From: Clostridia bacterium
Lineage (GTDB): Bacteria; Bacillota; Clostridia; UMGS1840; HGM11507
Length of the DNA: 64,000 nucleotides
Assembly (NCBI GenBank): GCA_045658425.1
Contig: JAZOVB010000231.1
Span: 1,284 to 65,283 of the forward strand
Direction of reading: 5' to 3'
The translations under genes and the position numbers were made by a program. Each line of letters begins with the position of its first letter. Within the stretch, counting starts at the first letter, position 1. A model generated the notes under the pieces. That model was not told the DNA's origin. It ran no database searches and saw only the letters and a list, made by a program, of their open reading frames with translations. Of the stretch, positions 57,192 to 64,000 are shown piece by piece.

Positions 57192-58172
57192 CTACTCCCA
57201 CTCAATAGTTCCGATTGGCTTAGGTGTAAGGTCTAAGCATACACGATTGATACCGTCAACCTCTTTGGTTATACGGTCAGTTATCTTATGAAGTACTGCA
57301 TAAGGGATTTCCTCAATAGTTGCACTCATAGCGTCTTTAGTATTGACTGCACGAATTATTGCGGGCCAACCTTCATATCTTTTATCGTCTTTTACTCCTA
57401 CTGATTTAAAGTCGGGAACAGCAATGAAATACTGCCATACTTTTTTGGAAAGACCGCAGATTTCAAATTCTTCTCTTAAGATTGCGTCGGCTTCTCTTAG
57501 AGCATGTAATCTGTCACGGGTAATTGCGCCAAGACAACGAACACCAAGTCCGGGTCCCGGGAACGGCTGACGGTCTACCATTTCATCAGGAAGACCTAAT
57601 GCTCTACCCACTTCTCTTACTTCGTCTTTATATAGAAGTTTAACCGGTTCTACAAGTTCAAGCTCCATTTCTTCCGGTAAGCCACCAACATTATGATGAG
57701 CCTTTACTCCGTCACTTTCCAATATATCGGGATAGATTGTACCCTGAGCAAGGAATTTAACATCTGTTAATTTTTTAGCCTCTTCGTTAAATACTTCGAT
57801 AAATTCTGCACCTATAATTTTTCTTTTTGTTTCAGGTTCAGCAACGTCCTTTAATTTATCTAAAAATCTGTCAGTTGCATCAATATATATAAGATTTGCA
57901 TCAAGGCCTTTTTCAAAAACCTCAATAACCTGCTCACTCTCGCCCTTTCTCATAAGCCCATGATTAACATGAACACAAACAAGCTGTTTGCCGATTGCTT
58001 TAATTAAAAGTGCTGCAACAACGGAGGAATCAACACCGCCTGATAAAGCAAGTAATACTTTTTTATCTCCTACCTGCTTCCTTACAAGTTCAACTTGTTC
58101 TTCAATAAATGCATTTGCCAATTCTTTAGTTGTGATACGTTCCATTGTATCCGGTCTTTTGTTTGAATCCAT
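57192..58172 (-). CDS. guaA: GMP synthase, ATP-pyrophosphatase + dimerisation domains only (no glutamine amidotransferase domain)
   Basis: 326 aa. LALSGGVDSSV P-loop, FPGPGLGVR, ends GTIEWE. Own RBS GGAGGAAT. Only 96 nt of non-coding DNA separates it from cysK upstream. Confidence 0.9.
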   Translation of the reverse strand: MDSNKRPDTMERITTKELANAFIEEQVELVRKQVGDKKVLLALSGGVDSSVVAALLIKAIGKQLVCVHVNHGLMRKGESEQVIEVFEKGLDANLIYIDATDRFLDKLKDVAEPETKRKIIGAEFIEVFNEEAKKLTDVKFLAQGTIYPDILESDGVKAHHNVGGLPEEMELELVEPVKLLYKDEVREVGRALGLPDEMVDRQPFPGPGLGVRCLGAITRDRLHALREADAILREEFEICGLSKKVWQYFIAVPDFKSVGVKDDKRYEGWPAIIRAVNTKDAMSATIEEIPYAVLHKITDRITKEVDGINRVCLDLTPKPIGTIEWE

Positions 58173-58268
58173 AATATTCCTCCTAAGTATACTGAATTTT
58201 ATTGTATTTTATCATATTGTTCTTTAATTTTCAACCATTTATATATTACATAAGATATTTAAACTGTT

Positions 58269-59198
58269 TTAATCATCAAACAAAGGTGTGGAAAAATATC
58301 TTTCGGCAGTATCGGGTAAAACTGTTACAACGGTTTTTCCCTTGCCAAGCTTTTTAGCAAGTTTTATTGCCGCAGCAACATTGGTTCCGCTGGATATTCC
58401 ACACATAATACCTTCTTTTTTCGCAAGGTCTTTTGCTGTATTTATAGCTTCGTCATCTTTGACAATACAAATATCATCATAAATATTCTGATTTAAAATT
58501 TCGGGGATGATGCCGTCACCTATTCCCATCTGGATATGAGTTCCGATTGAACCACCCGACAAAATTGCCGCATCTTCGGGTTCAACCGCCCATATAGTCA
58601 TATCAGGATTATATTTCTTCAGAGTTTCACCAATACCTGTAATAGTTCCGCCTGTACCTATTCCCGAACAAAAGCCATGAATTGGCTTATTAACCTGATT
58701 TATTATTTCCATACCTGTCTGTTCCCTCTGAATATCGGGATTGGCAGGATTTTCAAACTGTTGAGGTACGAAAACATTGGGATTTTCAGTCTTCATTTTA
58801 AGAGCCAGATTAAGACATTCTTCAATACAAAGTCCGATATTCCCTGCATCGTGAACAAGGATAACCTCTGCACCGTAGTGTTTAACGAGCTTTCTTCTTT
58901 CTTCTGATACGGAGTCGGGCATAATTATAATTGTTTTGTAGCCTCTTACCGCACCTACCAAAGCAAGTCCTATTCCCTGATTTCCGCTGGTAGGCTCAAC
59001 TATAATGGAATTCTCATTAAGAATTCCCTGTTCCTCAGCTTTTTTTATCATATTATAGGCAGTTCTTGTTTTTATAGAGCCGCCCACATTAAGTCCCTCA
59101 AACTTTACAAGGATTTCGGCACAGTCCGAATCAACCATATTGGAAAGTCTTATAATCGGGGTATTACCTAAGGCATCTAATATATTATTGCAAATCAT
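58269..59198 (-). CDS. cysK: cysteine synthase A (O-acetylserine sulfhydrylase)
   Basis: 309 aa. NVGGSIKTR (PLP lysine), TSGNQGIGLA, GIGTGGTITG, SSGTNVAAA. Confidence 0.92.
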   Translation of the reverse strand: MICNNILDALGNTPIIRLSNMVDSDCAEILVKFEGLNVGGSIKTRTAYNMIKKAEEQGILNENSIIVEPTSGNQGIGLALVGAVRGYKTIIIMPDSVSEERRKLVKHYGAEVILVHDAGNIGLCIEECLNLALKMKTENPNVFVPQQFENPANPDIQREQTGMEIINQVNKPIHGFCSGIGTGGTITGIGETLKKYNPDMTIWAVEPEDAAILSGGSIGTHIQMGIGDGIIPEILNQNIYDDICIVKDDEAINTAKDLAKKEGIMCGISSGTNVAAAIKLAKKLGKGKTVVTVLPDTAERYFSTPLFDD

Positions 59199-59258
59199 TA
59201 TATTTTTTACCTTTCATTTTTTACTCCGATACATTATATGTATCATTCTTTAAGAATT

Positions 59259-59798
59259 TTACTTACTTTTTTTATACACTACCGAATATTCTTGTATGTA
59301 CTTTAAAAATGCAAGTGCCGAAACAACGACAAAGCTTAAGCAAAGCAGATGTTCAAGCAAAGGATTTATCGAAGGGAAAACCAAAATCACAAGAAACACC
59401 GTAAAACAGATTACACTTGCAAGTTTCCCGTAGAAATTTGCCTGAACGACAATATTATCTTTCTTAAAAAGTTTGGTAGCACCAAGCACCATCAATAGCT
59501 CTTTAAGCACAAGAAAAGCAGGAACCCAGATTAAAGTCGGCTGAACAGTTGCCGTACACACGGCAACCGTTATTTGCATCAGCTTATCCGCCAGTGGATC
59601 CATAAGCTTTCCGAAATTACTTATAACATTAAGCTTTCTTGCTAAAAAGCCATCCAACACATCACTTATTCCCGACAGTATAAAAGTTACAACACAATAA
59701 AGGCTTTTATTTTCAACATCCGATACAAATAAGAATATGAAAACAAAAACCAAAAGCAATCTGAATAATGTGATGCAATTCGGAATGTTTTTTTTCAT
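59259..59798 (-). CDS. pgsA: CDP-alcohol phosphatidyltransferase (PgsA-like)
   Basis: 179 aa. DVLDGFLARKLNVISNFGKLMDPLADK fits the D-x2-DG-x2-AR-x8-G-x3-D-x3-D motif. Multiple TM helices. Confidence 0.8.
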   Translation of the reverse strand: MKKNIPNCITLFRLLLVFVFIFLFVSDVENKSLYCVVTFILSGISDVLDGFLARKLNVISNFGKLMDPLADKLMQITVAVCTATVQPTLIWVPAFLVLKELLMVLGATKLFKKDNIVVQANFYGKLASVICFTVFLVILVFPSINPLLEHLLCLSFVVVSALAFLKYIQEYSVVYKKSK

Positions 59799-59813
59799 AA
59801 TAAACTGCTCCGT

Positions 59814-60776
59814 TTAGTATGTTATATCTTCAAATACACTGTATAGATTTTCGTCTATGCTCTTTTTCATATTAAGGGCTTCTGAAATATCATAGTTCAC
59901 AATTTTATTATCTTTCATTGCAACTACACGATTACTCTGACCTTTAATCAATAGTTCTACCGCTTCAACACCCATACGGCTGGCTGTTACACGGTCGGTT
60001 ACAGTCGGAGAACCACCTCTTTGAAGGTGTCCCAATATTGCAACTCTTGTTTCTATATCGGTTAAAGCTTCTATCTGAACTGCAATTTTTTCCGAATTAC
60101 CGATACCCTCTGCAACGATAACCACAAAATGAGATTTACCTTTTTTCAGGGATTCGTTTATACAATCTACTATATCTTCCTTAACATCAAAGCTTTTTTC
60201 GGGAACAAGAACAGCTTCCGCACCGTTCGCAACAGCTAAAGTAAGTGCAATATGGCCTGCATGACGTCCCATTACCTCAACAACACTGCAACGGTGGTGG
60301 GATGAGCAGGTATCCTTTAATTTATCTATACATTCACAAGCTGTATTAAGAGCTGTATCAAAACCGATAGTATAGTCAGTACAAGCAATATCATTATCAA
60401 TTGTGCAAGGAACGCCGATAGTAGGAACTCCTGCTTCGCAAAGAGTGCTTGCGCCTCTGAACGAACCGTCACCGCCTAGTACAACAACACCTTCAATACC
60501 GTTAGCCTTAATATTTTCGACAGCCTTCTGAAGTCCCGCATCGGTCATAAATTCCTTACTTCTTGCGGTTTTTAAAATTGTACCGCCCTTATTAAGACAT
60601 TCGGAAACCGAACGGTAATTCATTTTAAACATTGTATTTTTTATAAGACCTTTATATCCGTCATATATCCCCATAACTTCAATCCCGTTATGAAGCGCTG
60701 TACGAACAACCGCACGGATTGCGGCGTTCATTCCCGGAGCATCGCCCCCACTTGTTAAAACTGCAATTTTTTTCAT
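59814..60776 (-). CDS. pfkA: ATP-dependent 6-phosphofructokinase
   Basis: 320 aa. VLTSGGDAPGMNAAIR, GGDGSFRGA, PCTIDNDI, MGRHAGHIAL, LGHLQRGG. Confidence 0.95.
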   Translation of the reverse strand: MKKIAVLTSGGDAPGMNAAIRAVVRTALHNGIEVMGIYDGYKGLIKNTMFKMNYRSVSECLNKGGTILKTARSKEFMTDAGLQKAVENIKANGIEGVVVLGGDGSFRGASTLCEAGVPTIGVPCTIDNDIACTDYTIGFDTALNTACECIDKLKDTCSSHHRCSVVEVMGRHAGHIALTLAVANGAEAVLVPEKSFDVKEDIVDCINESLKKGKSHFVVIVAEGIGNSEKIAVQIEALTDIETRVAILGHLQRGGSPTVTDRVTASRMGVEAVELLIKGQSNRVVAMKDNKIVNYDISEALNMKKSIDENLYSVFEDITY

Positions 60777-60914
60777 AATAATTCTTCCTTTCAGTAAGCG
60801 TTCAGCCTATTTTTTTGCCACTGATTTTTTAATAATCCCCAATTCCAGATAACAGTATAATAATATTTTGATTAAAAATCAATATTTTATTATAATTTTA
60901 ATATATTTTTAACA

Positions 60915-61640
60915 TTACTCTTCCCAGTTATGATAAATATTCTGAACATCATCATTATCTTCAAGATGCTCAATTAACTTTTCCATCATAAGAATATCCT
61001 TTTCATCTGTTAAAGAAACATAAGTCTGAGGAACCAAGGTTACCTCTGCCTTTAAGAACTCAAAGCCTTTTTTTTCAAGTTCATCGCGAACAGTTGAAAA
61101 ATCATCCGGATCGGTAAGCATTTCGTAAATTTCATCTTCTTCGTTAAAGTCTGCCGCACCTGCTTCCATTGCCGCATCCATTAATTCATCCTCAGATACC
61201 GAGTCGCTCTTTTCAACTATAAGCACACCGTATTTATCAAACATAAAGGATACACAGCCGTTAGTTCCTAAGTTTCCGCCGAATTTATCAAAATAATGTC
61301 TTACATCTGCAGCGGTACGGTTTCTGTTATCAGTAAGAGCTTCAACTATTACCGCAACACCTCTTGGGCCGTAGCCTTCGTATATGATATCTTCATAATT
61401 ATCATTTTCCTGGCTTCCTGCCGCTTTTTCTATACATCTTTTAACATTATCGTTAGGCATATTGTTTGCTCTTGCCTTTGCTATTACATCCTTCAATTTA
61501 CCGTTTGTTGACGGGTCAGGTCCCCCTGCCTTAACAGCAACCGCTATTTCTCTTCCAAGCTTAGTATAAATTTTAGCCTTCTGGGCATCAGATTTTTCTT
61601 TTTTGTGTTTAATATTATTCCATTTTGAATGTCCTGACAT
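60915..61640 (-). CDS. YebC/PmpR-family DNA-binding transcriptional regulator
   Basis: 241 aa. MSGHSKWNNIKHKK N-terminus and YEGYGPRGVAVIVEALTDNRNRT. Confidence 0.92.
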   Translation of the reverse strand: MSGHSKWNNIKHKKEKSDAQKAKIYTKLGREIAVAVKAGGPDPSTNGKLKDVIAKARANNMPNDNVKRCIEKAAGSQENDNYEDIIYEGYGPRGVAVIVEALTDNRNRTAADVRHYFDKFGGNLGTNGCVSFMFDKYGVLIVEKSDSVSEDELMDAAMEAGAADFNEEDEIYEMLTDPDDFSTVRDELEKKGFEFLKAEVTLVPQTYVSLTDEKDILMMEKLIEHLEDNDDVQNIYHNWEE

Positions 61641-61736
61641 AATAATCCTCCGTAAAATTTATTTCATTCTTCTTATTTTAACATAGGTTACAATAATTTT
61701 TCAAGTTTTTTATTAAAATTTATGATTTTTTATAAA

Positions 61737-61765
61737 TTGACATTTAGAAAATAAAGTGTTATTAT
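61737..61765 (+). promoter_or_regulatory. sigma-A-type promoter upstream of asd
   Basis: TTGACA (61737-61742), 17-nt spacer, TATTAT (61760-61765), about 38 nt before the asd start. Confidence 0.5.
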
Positions 61766-61802
61766 ATAGAATGATAGCATATTGTATAATGGAGGAATTA
61801 AC

Positions 61803-62882
61803 ATGAAAACTTTTAATGTAGGTATTGTCGGAGCAACCGGAATGGTTGGGCAAAGATTTATTACACTCCTTGAAAACCATCCCTGGTTTAAACTCAAGGT
61901 ACTTGCCGCTTCTTCCCGTTCAGCAGGAAAAACTTATGAGGAAGCAGTTGGAAGCCGTTGGGTTATGAAAACTCCGATTCCCGAAGATATAAAAAAACTC
62001 GTTGTACTTGACGCAACAGAGGATATTGAAAAAATTGCTTCTCAGGTTGACTTTGTATTCTGCGCTGTTGATATGAAGAAGGATGAAATAAAGGCACTTG
62101 AAGAAAAGTATGCAAAGGCTGAATGTCCTGTTATTTCCAACAATTCGGCACACAGACATACTCCCGATGTTCCTATGATTGTTCCTGAAATCAATGCAGA
62201 CCACGCTGAAATTATTCATGCACAAAGAAAAAGACTTGGAACAAAAAGAGGTTTTATTGCAGTTAAGTCAAATTGCTCCCTACAGAGCTATGTTCCTGCA
62301 CTTCACCCTCTTATGAAGTTTGGTATTAAAAATGTTCTTGCTTGTACATATCAGGCTATTTCCGGTGCAGGTAAAACCTTTGAAACCTGGCCTGAAATGG
62401 TTGACAATGTAATCCCATACATTGGCGGTGAAGAGGAAAAGAGCGAAATCGAACCGCTTAAAATCTGGGGTAAAATCGAAGGAGACAAAATTGTTGATGC
62501 TGTTAGCCCTGCGATTACAACACAGTGTATAAGAGTACCTGTAAGTGATGGTCATCTTGCTGCAGTATTTGTATCTTTTGAAAACAAGCCTTCAATTGAA
62601 GAAATTAAAGAAATATGGAAAAATTATAAGGGCACAGCTCAGGAATTAGAACTTCCCTTAGCACCTAAAAACTTCCTTAACTATTTCGAAGAGGACAACA
62701 GACCACAGACCAAGCTTGAAAGAAACTTAGAGGGCGGTATGGCTGTTTCCATCGGTAGATTAAGAGAAGATTCACAGTACGATTACAAGTTCGTATGTAT
62801 CTCTCACAACACACTAAGAGGTGCCGCAGGCGGTGCCGTTCTTATGGCAGAGCTTTTAGCAAAGCTTGGGTATATGGACTAA
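61803..62882 (+). CDS. asd: aspartate-semialdehyde dehydrogenase
   Basis: VGIVGATGMVGQR, SNCS (active-site Cys region), ISHNTLRGAAG. ATG 61803 follows GGAGGAAT; the track ORF starts at 61782. Confidence 0.92.
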   Translation: MKTFNVGIVGATGMVGQRFITLLENHPWFKLKVLAASSRSAGKTYEEAVGSRWVMKTPIPEDIKKLVVLDATEDIEKIASQVDFVFCAVDMKKDEIKALEEKYAKAECPVISNNSAHRHTPDVPMIVPEINADHAEIIHAQRKRLGTKRGFIAVKSNCSLQSYVPALHPLMKFGIKNVLACTYQAISGAGKTFETWPEMVDNVIPYIGGEEEKSEIEPLKIWGKIEGDKIVDAVSPAITTQCIRVPVSDGHLAAVFVSFENKPSIEEIKEIWKNYKGTAQELELPLAPKNFLNYFEEDNRPQTKLERNLEGGMAVSIGRLREDSQYDYKFVCISHNTLRGAAGGAVLMAELLAKLGYMD

Positions 62883-62912
62883 TCTAAGCACTCTATAACA
62901 GGGGGTATTATT

Positions 62913-63803
62913 ATGAAGAAAACTGTATTTACAGGTTCAGGTGTTGCTATTATCACACCTTTTAACGAAAATGGAATTGACTTTGAAAGTTTCGGTAAAT
63001 TAATTGATTTTCATCTTGAAAACAGTACCGATGCAATCATAGTATGCGGTACCACAGGCGAAGCGGCTACTATGCCCGACAAGGAGCATTTATCCGCAAT
63101 TGAATATACCGTAAAGCGTGTTAACGGAAAAATCCCCGTTATCGCAGGAACAGGAAGTAACGATACTGTCCATGGTATCAAATTAAGTGTTGAAGCGGAA
63201 AAGCTTGGCGCTGATGCTTTACTTGTTGTTACACCTTATTACAACAAGACTAATAAACAGGGTCTTATAAATCATTTCAAGGCCATTGCCGGTGCAGTAA
63301 ATATTCCTATTATACTGTATAATGTTCCTTCCCGTACCGGAATGAACATTGCTCTTGATGTTTTAGAAGAACTTCAGAATATTGACAATATTGTAGGTAT
63401 CAAGGAAGCAAGTGGAAATATGTCTTATCTTATGGAACTTGCTGCAAAATACGGCGACAGATTTGATATTTACTCAGGTAATGACGATATTATTGTTCCG
63501 GTTATGTCTGCAGGAGGAAAGGGTGTTATTTCCGTTCTTGCAAATGTACTTCCTAAGGAAACTCACGATATTTGTCAGCTTTATCTTGACGGCAAATGCG
63601 AAGAAAGTATGAGACTTCAGTTTAAATATCTTGATTTAATCAATTCGCTTTTCTGCGAGGTAAATCCTATTCCTGTTAAGACTGCAATCAACTTAATGGG
63701 TATGAACGGTGGTATTTTAAGAATGCCTCTTTATGAAATGGCTCCTGCAAACAAGGAAAGACTTATAAAGGATTTAAAAGCTGCCGGTGTTAAATTAGTA
63801 TAA
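62913..63803 (+). CDS. dapA: 4-hydroxy-tetrahydrodipicolinate synthase
   Basis: 296 aa. GVAIITPF, GTTGEA, YNVPSRTG, IVGIKEASG (Schiff-base lysine). Confidence 0.95.
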   Translation: MKKTVFTGSGVAIITPFNENGIDFESFGKLIDFHLENSTDAIIVCGTTGEAATMPDKEHLSAIEYTVKRVNGKIPVIAGTGSNDTVHGIKLSVEAEKLGADALLVVTPYYNKTNKQGLINHFKAIAGAVNIPIILYNVPSRTGMNIALDVLEELQNIDNIVGIKEASGNMSYLMELAAKYGDRFDIYSGNDDIIVPVMSAGGKGVISVLANVLPKETHDICQLYLDGKCEESMRLQFKYLDLINSLFCEVNPIPVKTAINLMGMNGGILRMPLYEMAPANKERLIKDLKAAGVKLV

Positions 63804-63817
63804 AGGATTGATTACTT

Positions 63818-64000
63818 ATGATAAATATAATGTTAAGCGGATGTAACGGAAAAATGGGGCAAGTTATAAGCAGTCTGGTTGAAGCTGATGAGAGTTCAAC
63901 CATTGTTTGCGGTATAGATATTAACACTGATACTCCCTTTGGATATCCTGTTTTTTCCACCCCCTTTGATTTCAAAGGAAATGCCGATGTTATAATTGAT
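63818..64000 (+). CDS. dapB: 4-hydroxy-tetrahydrodipicolinate reductase, N-terminal part (runs off window)
   Basis: My translation from ATG 63818: MINIMLSGCNGKMGQVISSLVEADESSTIVCGIDINT... The GxxGxMG NAD(P)-binding start and the position after dapA fit dapB. Confidence 0.75.
   Translation, partial: MINIMLSGCNGKMGQVISSLVEADESSTIVCGIDINTDTPFGYPVFSTPFDFKGNADVIID

Noticed and set aside
58173-58268. Purine/guanine riboswitch upstream of guaA (and 5303-5399 upstream of guaB)
   Set aside because: The leaders are about 96 nt of AT-rich sequence, with no three-way-junction-like complementary segments or conserved purine-riboswitch core that I could see.
61641-61802. Lysine riboswitch or T-box leader upstream of asd-dapA-dapB
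   Set aside because: The leader is too short after the predicted promoter (about 38 nt) and has no extended helices.

Overview
AT-rich window from a low-GC Firmicute, probably Clostridia (SLH-domain, DHHW and DUF4358 proteins; GGAGG ribosome-binding sites). The flanks are housekeeping. On the left are a DUF4091 gene fragment, gap, guaB, dusB, an ECF S-component and a MocR-type regulator (1-8.1 kb). On the right are guaA (synthetase domain only), cysK, pgsA-like, pfkA, yebC-family, asd, dapA and the dapB start (57.2-64 kb). The ~49 kb between them (about 8.16-57.19 kb) looks accessory. It seems to have been built by repeated insertion next to the guaA 3' end, because three short 'EWE-stop' relics, each followed by a terminator hairpin, divide it into three blocks.

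Block 1 (8.2-16.0 kb) is a minus-strand operon: small HTH, Eco57I-like type IIG R-M enzyme (frameshifted), stand-alone N6-adenine methyltransferase, DUF262 protein and MAE_28990-like HEPN protein. It also holds an orphan AbiEi antitoxin gene and an ICE gene fragment.

Block 2 (16.0-46.8 kb) holds:
- a DUF4297-HerA defence pair and an ABC-type ATPase + TOPRIM-like (AbiL/PARIS-like) pair;
- decayed ICE fragments (a YD-repeat/M23 chimera and two partial NlpC/P60 paralogs);
- a ~22-kb cell-surface polysaccharide locus: two giant heparinase II/III-like proteins, SLH proteins, a GH20-like enzyme, an AraC regulator, an orphan solute-binding lipoprotein, and PHP, AEC-transporter, phosphodiesterase-family and RpiR genes.

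Block 3 (46.9-57.07 kb) is an apparently intact ~10.2-kb integrative mobilizable element bounded by 24-nt direct repeats. It encodes a tyrosine integrase, Xis-like HTH, XRE regulator, Replic_Relax protein, split coupling-protein-like ATPase, M48 protease, J-domain protein, Rep-like protein and a WG-repeat cargo protein. It also carries two long imperfect hairpins in non-coding DNA.

The best candidate for an undescribed system is the translationally coupled DUF262-HEPN pair at the end of the R-M operon. I saw no rRNA, tRNA or CRISPR array. All family calls come from motif recognition by eye; no searches were run.
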